A stretch of DNA of 63,792 nucleotides, filler included, from Lenisia limosa (taxonomy: Eukaryota > Protista > Breviatea): the NCBI GenBank assembly GCA_001655205.1. It is 9 parts of 9 records of this genome, joined end to end, with 100 filler letters (N's around TTAATTAATTAA, not from the genome) between each part and the next. Parts side by side here need not be neighbours in the genome. Positions count along the whole stretch, not along the records: positions 10,937 to 20,834 come from LPNZ01002465.1; positions 20,935 to 24,680 come from LPNZ01004794.1; positions 24,781 to 26,148 come from LPNZ01000051.1; 6 more parts are not named here. One strand, 5' to 3'. Each line of letters begins with the position of its first letter. Position 1 is the stretch's first letter. Shown here piece by piece: positions 13,901 to 26,248 of the stretch. The translations under genes and the position numbers were made by a program. A model generated the notes under the pieces. It did not search any database, was not told the origin of the DNA, and saw only the letters and a program-made list of their open reading frames with translations.

Positions 13901-16285
13901 CAGTGTCAACGGCACGGGTTAAACCAATAAGGTCACGCGGTGCCTGGATGGATAAGCGCAAAGTGGGGTGTAATAAAAATAAGGTCATAACAACAACAAA
14001 GCAATAATGAGAGCACATCAACTGCTCACCTTTAGACCATAGAGACGTCCTGCTTCGGATGTGGGAACTGTGGGGTTCCAAAGACTTCCTAGAAAATGGT
14101 GACAATGCTGAGAAATACACACTAAGGGATGAATGAAGTATTATAGTGGAAATGAAAAAACAAAACAAAAAATATTTGAATTCAACTCCAAATAGATATC
14201 AAATCAAGCAGGTTAGAAAATTTTTCACTCACCCTTTGGAAGGATGGGCTTGTACCTAGGCCGGGCGTTGCGAGGATCATTGAATTCTTCCTTTTGCGGG
14301 CTTCGGCGCTTTGGTGATGGTGAGCGTCTGCGAGTACTGCTATAGAAGTAAACGTGGAAGAAAAGCGATGGAAATATCAAACCCCCCAAATATCAGCTAA
14401 AAATTGTGATATATGACAGTTTGAGTGGACAGAAGTGCCAAAAAAACACTACAGGGGGGAGTAAAAATGGGCAATTTACGAAACNNNNNNNNNNNNNNNN
14501 NNNNNNNNNNNNNNNNNNNNNNNNNNNNNNNNNNNNNNNNNNNNNNNNNNNNNNNNNNNNNNNNNNNNNNNNNNNNNNNNNNNNNNCTTGGGGGTGGGGA
14601 CTTGGAGCGACGACTAAGGAATAAAAAAAGGGGGGGGGGGTGGAGACATCCAGGCAATAGACATTGATCATTTTACAATAACAAAAGAGAAAAGATTGCC
14701 CACCGCGGTGCAGTGCGGGACGCTGGCTGTCTGGGGAGTGTTGGGCGGTTCGCGGGAATGCTCCTGGAAGGTGCCATCTAGAAAGAAAAAAAAAGTCATC
14801 TTAATCAATCACATATGATACGTGATAAATCTGTGATAATCCCAATTACGTGAGGCATGGGTCTGTCTCGGCGGTTCATTCCAGACATAGTTCCGCTACC
14901 CATGAGTCCTCCTCCCATCTAGAATAGTCATGCCAGTTTTCTCAAAATTAGAGAAAATAGAAAGTACATACAATTTCTACTCAGTTCAAATAAATAATGA
15001 AGCATACCTGGGGCATCATGCCTCCCATAGCGGGTCTCATGTTCGACTGTGGCTGGGGATTGAAGCTAGGAGCCACAGGTCTGAAATATAAAAGGGGAGA
15101 CGTTGAGGAGAAGTGAGGCATGGGAAATGAGACAAATGCAAGCGTCTTCTATTCACTACCAAATGAATAGGAACAAATCAGAGAATAAAATGTGACGCAT
15201 GACCAAAACCTTAACTGCTGCTTTTCGAGGAATATTCTTTTCCACAGCAACCCCCATACCTCGTGGGAACGCTTTGGATCATCTGTGGTGCTGGTTTGGA
15301 TGCGGGCATGGATCTTGACTGCACAGAGTCTTTCCGGACCGCACTGCTGACTGATGGTAACTCTTCGCGTTCATGGTGGCGTGGCTGAGCAGGTTCTTCG
15401 TATGCGGGTTGTTGAGGAGCCTTGGGAGGGTAAGAATAATATTGAGTTACTCTGGCACGAAAATGCCATAGAAATTTCAGTTTTGAAAGACAAAATAGCA
15501 GTTGTGGGAACATCACGACAGTTTCATCTCACGTAATTTTTCTCTTTCACCAGTGATCATACTATGGAGTGGAGATTGGGTAAATTCACTACGGAGTATC
15601 CTAATATTGTTTAATATCATGAAACTTATGTTTGATGAGTGAAGCAGAGTAAAATTAATTGTAATACAATACTAGGCATTGTAAGTCCCCCAACATTCGA
15701 CTGGAAGTCACTGTAGTCGTACGAGGAAGGGGCGCGATCCATCATGCCCATGCCATGCTGTTGCATCATTGTCGGTCCCGAGTCCATCATTCCCATGCCT
15801 TGCTGCATGCTTCCTTGGTGCGCCATTGTTCCCATTCCGTGACCGATGCCGCTCATGCCTTGTCCCATCGAGCCTTGTCCCATAGAGCCTTGTCCCATAG
15901 ATCCTTGACCCATAGAGCCTTGTCCCATAGAGCCTTGTCCCATAGAGCCTTGACCCATACTTCCTTGCCCCATTCCCCTCTGCCCTATTTGTCCACCCAT
16001 AACACCTTGTCCGCCCATAGAGCCCTGTCCCATTTCCCTCGGGTTCAAAGAACTCTGTCCCATGGGTCTTGCTTGGGATGACTCTGCTTCTGGTGCGTTG
16101 TAGTTGCCATATTGACGAGATGACGCCTCCATTGCCGTATCGTAGGACTGATCATTGAATTGGTCGTAGTCGCGAGTGCGTTGGTAAGCTTGGTTATAAT
16201 CCTGTTGCATTCCGCCCATCGCTTGATGCTGTTGTTGCATCCCAAACATCCCTTGATCTTCAGGGTAATGACCGTAGTGCGACAT
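10937..16285 (-). CDS. CCAR1: CCAR1/CCAR2(DBC1)-family protein with Q/G/M-rich N-terminus; 3' truncated
   Basis: DBC1-domain-like REALENQAGLFLDHDTEWLNLGQIRYDRP; PLGDLLANRPKSLYEASWES; EF-hand-like EDLAAFRYFDINCVGYL; RS-like RRRSPSPKRRSP; ATG at 16285. Confidence 0.75.
11139..11215. mobile_element. TA-flanked hairpin MITE, family B (Tc1/mariner-like termini)
   Basis: TATA-CAGTGATCGGGATAAGTC...GACTTATCCCCAGTCAGTG-TATA. Related copies near 23801, 29322, 37520, 38131, 52538. Confidence 0.7.
15860..15965 (-). repeat. Coding 15-bp tandem repeat, (MGQGS)n
   Basis: GAGCCTTGTCCCATA-type units, about 7 copies, in frame in ORF 15626-16285. Confidence 0.9.
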
Positions 16286-16727
16286 ATTCGTTCTAAAGAG
16301 CGTTATTTCACCAACAAACCCTTAAGAAGCAAGAGGAGGCGCCTGGGGAGCTCAAAGCAGATTCGTAAGGAACCCAATTAGAGGAACCTTGTCCAGATAT
16401 TCGGTAAACAAGTTATATAGTAGTAATCCAACCAGATAAATCCAAAACCGACCTTATAGTAACAAAACGGACCTTCTCCGAGAGAAAAAAAAAAAAAAAC
16501 TACGTCAATATATGGAGTTTGCCAGTTTACCAAAGGTCCAAGGCTTACAACAAACTCCCAAACTCTCCTGCTTCTAATTTTAGTCATATAACCTGGGGTA
16601 TGAAATATCCAAATATAACTATAAAAACTAGGAAAATCTGGCGGTTGGGTTCTAGTCACCAAGGAAAACAACAAGTGAACAAGTGTATACTTTAAAAGGA
16701 GATTAGGGCGTCCCTTTAGTTTTCACA
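16286..16727. promoter_or_regulatory. Putative bidirectional promoter between CCAR1-like and NDUFV2
   Basis: Divergent ATGs 442 bp apart on one contig. Confidence 0.45.
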
Positions 16728-18012
16728 ATGCTTTCCCTTATTTCAAAGACTTTCGTTCAGAAGATGGCTGTTCCTGTTAGGTTCAGTTCATCCTACTCAG
16801 CTATCAAGGGTCTTTTGGTTTGTCCAAAAAATCAACTGATCCTTTCTGACTCTCTTAGGATATGGAAACTCCCTTCCAGTTCTCTTCGTCCAATGTAGCA
16901 CGTGTTAACTTAATTAAGAAACATTTCCCATCTAACAAGCAGCAGAGCGCCATTATCCCTGTTCTTGATCTTGCTCAGCGTCAAGTATGTGATGGTGGTT
17001 CTTGTGAACTTCTTTTAGCCTGAAATTTAAATCTCAAATCTCCTAATTTATGCAATAGTGTGGATGGACCCCAGCTTCTGCCATTGCCGAAACTGCGCGT
17101 ATTCTTTCGGTCCCTGAAGTCCAGGTCAGTTGTGAAAAGTTTCTTGTCCATTGGAGAAGGGCACGGAGTGTGTTCTTCTGGAACCCTGATATATTTACTT
17201 ATTTTGTAATAGTGCCTAATTTTTTCAGGTTTATGAGGCTGCCACCTTCTACACTATGTTCCATAAGGTTGGGTTGGACATGGGTTGCAACTCCTCTCAT
17301 CTTTATATTTCTGTACCCTGCGCGTCATTTTTGTGTATCATATGTACTCTCAATGTGTACTCTTGGAGAGGAAGGTTAAAACCTTAATTACACATTCCCA
17401 ATATAACCCCTCAGCGCCCCCGCGGTCGTCTCTCAGTTGAAGTGTGTACTAACCCATCATGCATGATTCGAGGCTCAGATGACATCATGAAGACTGTAGA
17501 ACATGCTCTTGGGGTTAGAAATGGAGGTCAGAGATGGGTTTTGTTTTACAATTGCGCCTCTACTCCTCGAAATAAATGGTTGTTTCTTCCTAATTTGACT
17601 TGCTCCAGAAACCACAGAAGACCTCAAGATTTCCCTTAATGAGGTTGAATGCCAGGGTGCTTGTGTCAATGCTCCAATGATGATCATCAATGGCATTTAT
17701 TATGTTGGCGGATTGCTTTACAGTTGGGCTGTTTGGCTTTTGAGAATTGACAGATATTTATTCATGGATTAGGAGGACCTTGACGTTGAAAAGACAAAGG
17801 AGATTGTTGGAAGCTATAAGAGGGTATGCTCTGGCTGTATCTACGTGTAATCTATCAACTTTCAACTGTGTTTCATATTTTTCTTCCTAACCGCATAGAA
17901 CACCATTCCTCTGGGAGGACCCCAAATTTCGCGTAAGTCTTCCGAGCCAATCAGTGGCAAAACTACTCTTAAGGAGCCTCCTATGGGTCCCTACGCTCCC
18001 ATGTTCGACTAA
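16728..18012 (+). CDS. NDUFV2: NADH dehydrogenase 24-kDa subunit (NuoE), 8 exons, with N-terminal organellar presequence-like segment
   Basis: [21 protein letters not shown]..., [12 protein letters not shown]|[38 protein letters not shown] (all four 2Fe-2S Cys), TAA stop at 18010-18012. Confidence 0.95.
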
Positions 18013-18130
18013 ACAGTCATTTCCCTTTATTTAATCATGTTATAATATAACTTCTTTCCGTATACTAAATCACTCCAGAGGCAGACAAACATTATCATAT
18101 TATTTATTGAATTCTAAAGAAACAATACCA

Positions 18131-20665
18131 TTAAAAAGGGGAGGGGCTACTGACCCCTGCGACCTCTTTTTCCACCCCTCCCGCGCCCCCTTCCGCCACG
18201 ACCCTGTGTGTTACCTCGATCATGTGGCCTTTTGAGGCTTGGTGCTACATAAATTAAAGAGAAACGGAAATAGCAGTATCAGTATTCCCTGGGGGTTTAA
18301 GCAGGAGTTTAAATTGTAAAACAATGCTTTTTCGTATCCGTGTAACATTGCAAGAAATATGCACTTTTCTGAGTCAACTCCAAGAGAATTGTAAAAATTA
18401 ATATTTTGTCGTTTTCAAGGTATTAACTTTTCCTGAAATATTGGTCATGACAATCGTAAGTTTTCAAGTCTAAAATCACCCATAGAAAGTGCTAAACTCC
18501 AATAATTTAGAAGATGATTTCACAAAGTGGTGTAAAACAGAGACATTACTGTCCCCAATAAAGGAATTCAGCTAATAATCTCACGGAAACAAATTATACA
18601 TTTCTCCACCCCAGAACAATAATTCTATAATACAAATTTGGTATACAAAATTTAAGTGGACTCCGGCTTTAAACAATGAAATGAGTGAAAATATCAGCAA
18701 TAAGACCACATACTTAGTACAGTAACTGCACTGGGCAAGGTGTCATTTTTGAAGAATGCTGCTGCCGCCGCCGCGGCTGCATGGGCAGCCACACTTGACA
18801 CCTAGAGGAGTAAAAAGGAATGGATGAACAGCAAACTCAAAGGCAGAACTACAATCATTTTCACTGACCGTTGGCTTCACAAGTTTCACAGGTTCGGATT
18901 TCGGTGAAGAAGAAGGCTGTCAAGTGAAAATGAGTTCAAACCTAGAATCCAAGAGCACACCATACCGAAATAGTTGAAGTTTGGGATGAGGAAACAGGCT
19001 CTGCAGGCGTCTTTGGAATGGGTGTGGTGGGGAGAGTGGAGGTTGGAACAGTGGAAGGTGTACTCACCGGTAGAGTAGCAAGGGGTGGGGAAGAGGAGCT
19101 GGGTTGAGTCTCAGGTATCGATGACTCTAGGGTTGGGCTAATCAAAGCTAAACAGACGGAAGTCCAATATTGGAGGTGAAATGTGAAAGTGATCATTGGT
19201 CAACTCCCCACCAACTGATTTGAGAAGATTGCTGAGAATTGCCAAGAAAATTGGGGAGGACACTGGGGAATGTTGATGGTTTTGGAAGGGGTTTTGGTTT
19301 TGGCATAGGTTTAACCAGCTTTGGCGCAGTATCCTGNNNNNNNNNNNNNNNNNNNNNNNNNNNNNNNNNNNNNNNNNNNNNNNNNNNNNNNNNNNNNNNN
19401 NNNNNNNNNNNNNNNNNNNNNNNNNNNNNNNNNNNNNNNNNNNNNAAGCACCGCATCCCATCACTCAAATATGGAAACCCCCAAAACCCTTAAAATTCTC
19501 CCATGCCTCTTATAGAATGTTCTTTTCCGTCAAATCTTCAGCAATTTTGCAGATCCAAAATTGTTTAATACATATTTACAAGTAATGAAGAGGATGATTC
19601 AAGAATAATCCGTGCGAAATGCATAATATACAGATATGCTGATTTTACCCAAAATTTTACCCAACAGGGTAAAATTCACCCAACTTCTTGAATTTTACCC
19701 AAAAGGGTGGAATTGTACTCAATCACACTTGCCTTATAGGGAAGGTTTTTAGGGTGGAATTTTACCCAACAAGGGTTATTTTACCCAATTGTGTTGAATA
19801 TTACTTAATATACAAAAAGGTAATTTTGGAATTTTACCCAAATGTTTCCTATTTCACTGAAATTTTACCCAAGGAATTTTACCCAAATGCAACAAAATAA
19901 AGTAGAATTTTACCCAAGATGAGGTAGAATTTGACCCAACCGGATTGAATTTTACCCAAATTCCGGAATTTCACCCAAAAGATTTGAATTGGGTAAAATT
20001 CCACCCTTTTGGGTAAAATTCAAACAGTTGTACAATTCCGGAATTGAAATAAAACGGGCAAAAAAAGGATCGTGGAAGAGTTGGAATGCACTGCACTGTT
20101 GGTCGACCTTTGGACTGAATTGGAGAGAGTATTGTTGTCGTTTAAACGTAGGTAGGAAGGGAAAGGTCTGGTGCTAGAAAAAGTGGTCGGAGGCAAAAAA
20201 ACAAATTTAGGTCAAATCCTTGGGTAAAATTTTTGGGTAAAATTCCATGTTCCCTTAGCTATGTCTTTAATAATATAGTATTTTAGAAGGAGCAATAATA
20301 CAGCAAGTAAAAATAACTGTAAAAGCTTTTGGGTGTTTGGTCTTTTCTCCCTCTGCACTACGTTCCACTCAACTTGTGGAGGTGGCTCGTGAGAAGGCCC
20401 TCTTACTCAGAAAGGAAACTTATTTTTAAAAAAACACTATTAGTACGCAAGAAATGTGGAAATGATATCAATATAAAGTGCCAAAAAAAAAAGTTCAACA
20501 AATAAACACACAAATAAAACAAGTTTATGGCCAAACAATCAAAATACACATGAGGGATTGAAAAAGAAACAATAAAACTACAGTACAACATCTCATTGGT
20601 TGATTCTAAACCCATCATACCTCAGGTTCGTCGCAGGGTTTAAGAGGGGTAGACATAGGTTGTTC
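18131..20665 (-). CDS. Unidentified spliced Pro/Ser/Thr-rich protein; 5' truncated at spacer
   Basis: GT-AG-bounded exons (PKPKPLPKPS; PSTVPTSTLPTTP; AAHAAAAAAFF; KRPHDRGNTQGRGGRG). No domain recognised. Confidence 0.4.
19681..20030. mobile_element. Foldback-like element with 27-bp perfect inverted ends and internal AATTTTACCCAA repeats
   Basis: TTGAATTTTACCCAAAAGGGTGGAATT (19688) is the exact reverse complement of 19997-20023. About ten internal or flanking TTTTACCCAA motifs. Confidence 0.6.
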
Positions 20666-20934
20666 AGCGGGAATATGTGCCTAAGGTGTCAGCATGATGT
20701 TTGCAAGGGAAGGAGGGGGGGGGGTGAAGAGTAAAATTGGAAAATTTATGAAACAAAAATAACCCAAATCAACCCTGTTGGCTGACAACACACAGGGGTT
20801 GATAACAACAAAACCAACAAAGCCCAGGCCAGTCNNNNNNNNNNNNNNNNNNNNNNNNNNNNNNNNNNNNNNNNNNNNTTAATTAATTAANNNNNNNNNN
20901 NNNNNNNNNNNNNNNNNNNNNNNNNNNNNNNNNN

Positions 20935-23900
20935 GCCTGTAGGGGGTTGAGCCCCGCACCGTTGAAATCCATGACGTCAACTGGGGGTGGGGGTTAGGTT
21001 GACAGAAACAATCAATTACACCATATAATGAAGAGAAATAGGAATGAAGGGAGGTGCAACGAGACATTCAAACACCCCTCCCACTGGTTTGGTCTTCATT
21101 ATTTCGAACTTGAACGCCCGGGGCAACGGGTACAATCACTATGGATGAAGGGGGGGGGGGCTAGATGATAATGTGGAGAGGGGAACGATGTGTTTGGGGA
21201 GAAGGAAAGGATGATGTGTTGGTGGGGGGAGGGTGATGTGTAGAAAGACCGTTAAAATATCGATATTTATCAAGGGTCTTTTTTGGACCGTAGGGAAGCC
21301 CTAGTGCATACTATATATCATACGATGTACTACTGTTCATACGTTGAAGGGTGGGTGGATGTTGAAGGGAGGAAGTTGTGAATGAATCAGGGAGGGAGGT
21401 ATGATCAGGGCTTCACTTCGATTCTAAAAATACCGGTAAAATAGCGATATTTTCGAGGATTTATCGAGAAATTCAGTCTTTTTTTCGAATCGAAGTGAAG
21501 CCCCAACTATGATATGATCCCGTTTTTTTAATTGAAATTGCCTTTTTTTATCACGGATACAGAAATGCAAGATATGGAAAAACGCCAAATTGTCCGAATT
21601 ATCGATGCCACTCGCGCCAAATCCACGTCCGCGCAATAAGCGGTCAATATTTAATTTCTTCTGGGGCTTCTTTTGAGCAATATAGTGTCTGATTTCAGGT
21701 TTATTTTTATCTGTGGGATTGAGGGAATAGCATGAGTGTTTATTTGAATCGCAAATTTCATTTTCATGATACCTGACATAAACCATACAACTATCCGCTT
21801 CCGCTTCCGAAGCGCTTGGGAGTTAATGTATGGGAAAACAACGGGTGTAGAGTTGTTAATTTGGATGGGGGGATGTAGGGCAGTACGTTGCGTTGTTAGC
21901 AGGGTTTCGAATGGGAAAGTTGTCTCGGATATCAGAAGCTTTTATTTTTAATTACAAACCTTCCATTTGAAACCCTGCTTTTGCAAGTGAAAACAGGAGT
22001 AATTTGAAAGAGTTCATAAGGGGTAGGGGAATTGTTTTGAGATTTCAAACGTCTGAGTTAATATCTTCGAATTAATTGAAAAATCTGCACTATCATACTT
22101 ATTTCAGCCCCTTAATATTAACACAATTATTAGTTTCAGATTTTTCAATTAATTCGAAAATATTAAAATACACAGTCCTTCAATAGAATGATTCAATTTA
22201 CAAACCAATCCATCGGTACCATCACATTGTCACAAATAATAGCATGGCGGCCAAGTGCCTTGCTTACCTGAACTGTTATGAAGAACGTTTTGAGGTTCTT
22301 GAGGGAGGAGCGCGCCCCCGAAATATACGTGTCTACTCTTACTTTGGGATTGTGGGCTCGTTGTAGGGCTGTGAGGCTCAAGTGGGGCTTAACTTTAAAC
22401 AGATATGACAGAGAGCCCTCATAAAACCCCTGCCATTTGAGAGTTTTTTTTTNNNNNNNNNNNNNNNNNNNNNNNNNNNNNNNNNNNNNNNNNNNNNNNN
22501 NNNNNNNNNNNNNNNNNNNNNNNNNNNNNNNNNNNNNNNNNNNNNNNNNNNNNNNNNNNNNNNNNNNNNNNNNNNNNNNNNNNNNNNNNNNNNNNNNNNN
22601 NNNNNNNNNNNNNNNNNNNNNNNNNNNNNNNNNNNNNNNNNNNNNNNNNNNNNNNNNNNNNNNNNNNNNNNNNNNNNNNNNNNNNNNNNNNNNNNNNNNN
22701 NNNNNNNNNNTCAACTTTGTCATGGCATTCATACACAGATACACACAATACATCCCCTAATACAGTACGCAGATAGCGAGAACAAAGATGAGGAAGATGG
22801 CTATGAAAGTTGTTTGGACGGTGGCCTGTTTTTCGGCCAGGTTGTTGAACGACTTGAAGCCCTGTAGTCTGTGCCACCTATGGGGGTGAAAGGAAGTATC
22901 ATATCAAATAATCATACTACATGTAATAAGAAAAAAAATAACACAGAATCAACTCTATTGGCTAAGCATTTGGAAATACAAAAGCGTCAAAAACAAAACA
23001 AACAAGCCCAGGCTAGTCGCTTCTGCAGTACTGCAATCCATCAAAGGGCTTGAGGTACACCCCTCCTCCGATATCTTAATTTTCACTTGAAATTATCCTC
23101 ATTTAAACATATAAACACCCCATAATACCCCCCCCCTCTCTCACTTCAAGGCTCCATGCATTGTGTACTGGGACCCAGGGCCTGGAATGAGCTGGAAAGT
23201 GTCCCGCACCGGGTATGCTCCCATGCCCAACACTATGCCGTTTGAGGCATGTGCCGCAATGTTGAGGTGCGACGACACGTGGATGTGCGTGTCTGTGGAA
23301 GCTCCTGGGGGGGGGGGGNNNNNNNNNNNNNNNNNNNNNNNNNNNNNNNNNNNNNNNNNNNNNNNNNNNNNNNNNNNNNNNNNNNCAACTTAGAACGAAG
23401 AAAAGTTTCGTTGAAGAATATTGGCATAAAAGTAGCTTAACCTCCCATCACAGGCAATTTTAAATTTCATAATTTAAGTGAGGCTAGTGGGGGGGGTATT
23501 ACTTATATTGTGGTGGTAATGAGGATCTTTTTAAATGACTCTCCACATTTCTGAGGGTACATTCTTGTGTTCAGTCAACCGCTGGATTTATGATCCAAGT
23601 TTAAAGAGAGGCTTTACTCTCTATGGCATAGTTTCCATAGAGACTTTATTACAAATAATCCACATCATACCCCAGAATTGCAGAGCTAGAGGAATGTAGA
23701 ACTTGCGGTCTTTTGTCATCTAAAATAGGGTGTTACATAATAAAAGGCTGTCTAAAATAGGTTTTTAAAGAGAATAAAAGGCGGACATCTGTATAAAAAA
23801 AATGACCGGGATAAGTATTTGACCGATTGTTCGTGGGAAATCCTAGCAAATCGATAAGACTTATCCCGGTCAGTGTATATTACACGCACTGAGTCCTGAC

Positions 23901-24440
23901 ATGATTGATTTTTTGCAGTCAGAGTAATAATGATGATACAGGAGTAACGCGAATAAAAGTTGGAAATCAAAGAATTTTATGCTATGGGTTGGTGCATAGA
24001 AAGCTGGGTGCACAGAGTTTTAAGGCAAATGATTGGGTGAATTCATTTTACAAAAATCATGTATTTCGAAGACATATTCTAAGACTACCACCCTGCTTAA
24101 CCCATTGCACCGTCCCACCCAAATTCGGCATTGGAGTGGTGCTAAAAGTGTAAGGGGAATGTAACGACAATAGTTGTATATATGGGGATGACCGAAGAGA
24201 TATTTTTATTCCTATTTGGGCTTCTTAATAAGTAGTACACGTCATGAAGCGTATTGAACTTAATACTTATCGCTGTCGTATCGATCAAAATTTATCCATT
24301 TCATTAGTAAATTAATGTTGCTATATCATATCAAATCAGATCATTTCATAAGGTAAATATTAGGTGCATATCCAAGCAAACCGCCAAATGTTACAAGTTG
24401 TGAGAGAACTTCATAGAACTCCTTATCAACCTACAGCAGA
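20935..24440 (-). CDS. Fragmentary spliced gene with one predicted TM segment and weak ankyrin-like C-terminal exons
   Basis: Exons TTFIAIFLIFVLAIC (hydrophobic), VQVRNNEDQT and VDVMDFNGAGLNPLQ (ankyrin-like). Exon chain is broken by N gaps. Confidence 0.3.
21406..21505. mobile_element. MITE family A copy
   Basis: CAGGGCTTCACTTCG...CGAAGTGAAGCCCCA; flanks GGTATGAT/ACTATGAT (6/8). Confidence 0.85.
23801..23875. mobile_element. MITE family B copy
   Basis: ATGACCGGGATAAGT...GACTTATCCCGGTCAGTG followed by TA. Confidence 0.7.
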
Positions 24441-24780
24441 TGACGTGGTGAAATATCGATGGTTTTCGCTGAGATATCGAAACAATACGTCCTTTCGAAG
24501 TGATGCCATAGATATAAACTTGGGCTCCGTGCAGTTAATTGACAAATTAATTGCAAAATCTGAAGTGGGATGACATACTGTAACGAGAACTCCATTTCAG
24601 ACACTTTAGTTTCAAATTTTGTAAATTAATTTCCTCAAAAAATCAATTACCTGGAGTCCTACTAAACATTACCCTATTGCNNNNNNNNNNNNNNNNNNNN
24701 NNNNNNNNNNNNNNNNNNNNNNNNTTAATTAATTAANNNNNNNNNNNNNNNNNNNNNNNNNNNNNNNNNNNNNNNNNNNN

Positions 24781-26148
24781 AGAAAAAGAAGAAACAATTA
24801 GATCAGCTTGCCATTCCCTGCAAATCCTCAAGTGACTGAAGATTACCCTCCTCTTGGAACCTGGCATATTAGGAATGTTATGGACAAAGGTTGATTATCA
24901 TTGGAGGCCCCACCCACCGATGCCACATAGACAGGGTCGTGGATAGCCTGTCGAAATACACGTTATCCGACACAAACTCACACCACGACTCCACCAACGG
25001 CTACATGGTGAGACGCAGGACGCTTGACTCACCTTGACAACAAAGTTCAGGAACCCGATTTGGCTCTTGCTGACGTCCAAGCTCGCCCGGTCCATGAAGG
25101 GGCTAATGGCCATCCCCCGGTTCTGCTCTGCATCTCCTAAACCGTGAGCCCCGAAGCCACCCGGGTGCCCACCTTGTGCCAGGAACTCAAGGGTGACTGC
25201 CTCCGTCCACTTCAACGTTGCGGTGGCGGGCTTGAGAACGTGCGAAATGTCGGCCAGCTGAAGCGTTATCTCTGCAAGAAACCGTGAATTGACCAACTTT
25301 CATGGCTATTTTACAGACCAATGTTCGGTCATTGAGGGAGCTTTTTGGGTGGATTCCTGGAAAGTGACTGGAAAAATCGGCAGTGTCGTACAACAGATAC
25401 CCACCAGTGTCCAAAAGCTGCGACGAGAACTGGCCGACAAGAGTCACGTGATGTCGCATGTCCGTAGCCAAAATAGCCTCCACGATCGTTTCTCGGAACT
25501 ACTACGTCAAAAAAGCCTTCCAAGAGAGGATAGTCCACCCAACGTACATCCACAATATCCGAAGGGTCCATGGAAGACGTGACTCCGGCCGCATCTATCA
25601 CCCGTGTAACCAGAGACGAGTGCAGGTTCTCCAAAACAGACTTTGCATTGAATACTGAGGCTGGATGGTCAGAGATGCAACTTGAACACTGTGAAGCCAA
25701 TAGCCCATCGCCTACATATGGGGGAGAGTGTATTGACAAGGAAGGCCTAAAATCGTAAAGCCAGAGACAACGAGCGAAAATGGAGAATGTAGCAAAACCA
25801 CCACAAACGTTATTTACACCAGGGTGGCCAACATCATGCCCTGCCGCGGCCAATAGCATTGCAAATTCTGGGGGGTCAAGCAGGTTGAGAGGACATGTGG
25901 ACTGGACCTGGCAAACCTTCAGTGGAGGACAAAGCATCACGCACAACTGGTGAGTACAGGATGTTGGACAGCGACACCATCACTAAAGGGTGATTGTTGA
26001 GTGGAAGTGAAACCTCTGAGACCAAAACTTGAAGCATTGATTGCAACTGTCAATCGCTCATATTTAAACCCACCATCAGCAGCATGGGTGGCGGAGTGGT
26101 ACGGGTTATTGCGATATAGGGCCTCAATCATGGACAGGTACTAAAGAG
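24781..26148 (-). CDS. Class I cyclic nucleotide phosphodiesterase catalytic domain; N-terminus missing
   Basis: NNPYHSATHAAD, AAGHDVGHPGVNN, SVLENLH, AILATDMRHH, K|LADISH, EFLAQG, SKSQIGFL, PLVESW. Confidence 0.92.
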
Positions 26149-26248
26149 NNNNNNNNNNNNNNNNNNNNNNNNNNNNNNNNNNNNNNNNNNNNTTAATTAA
26201 TTAANNNNNNNNNNNNNNNNNNNNNNNNNNNNNNNNNNNNNNNNNNNN

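Noticed and set aside
19640-20030. Telomere-like repeat
   Set aside because: TTTTACCCAA units are interspersed, occur in both orientations and do not match a tandem TTAGGG-type array.
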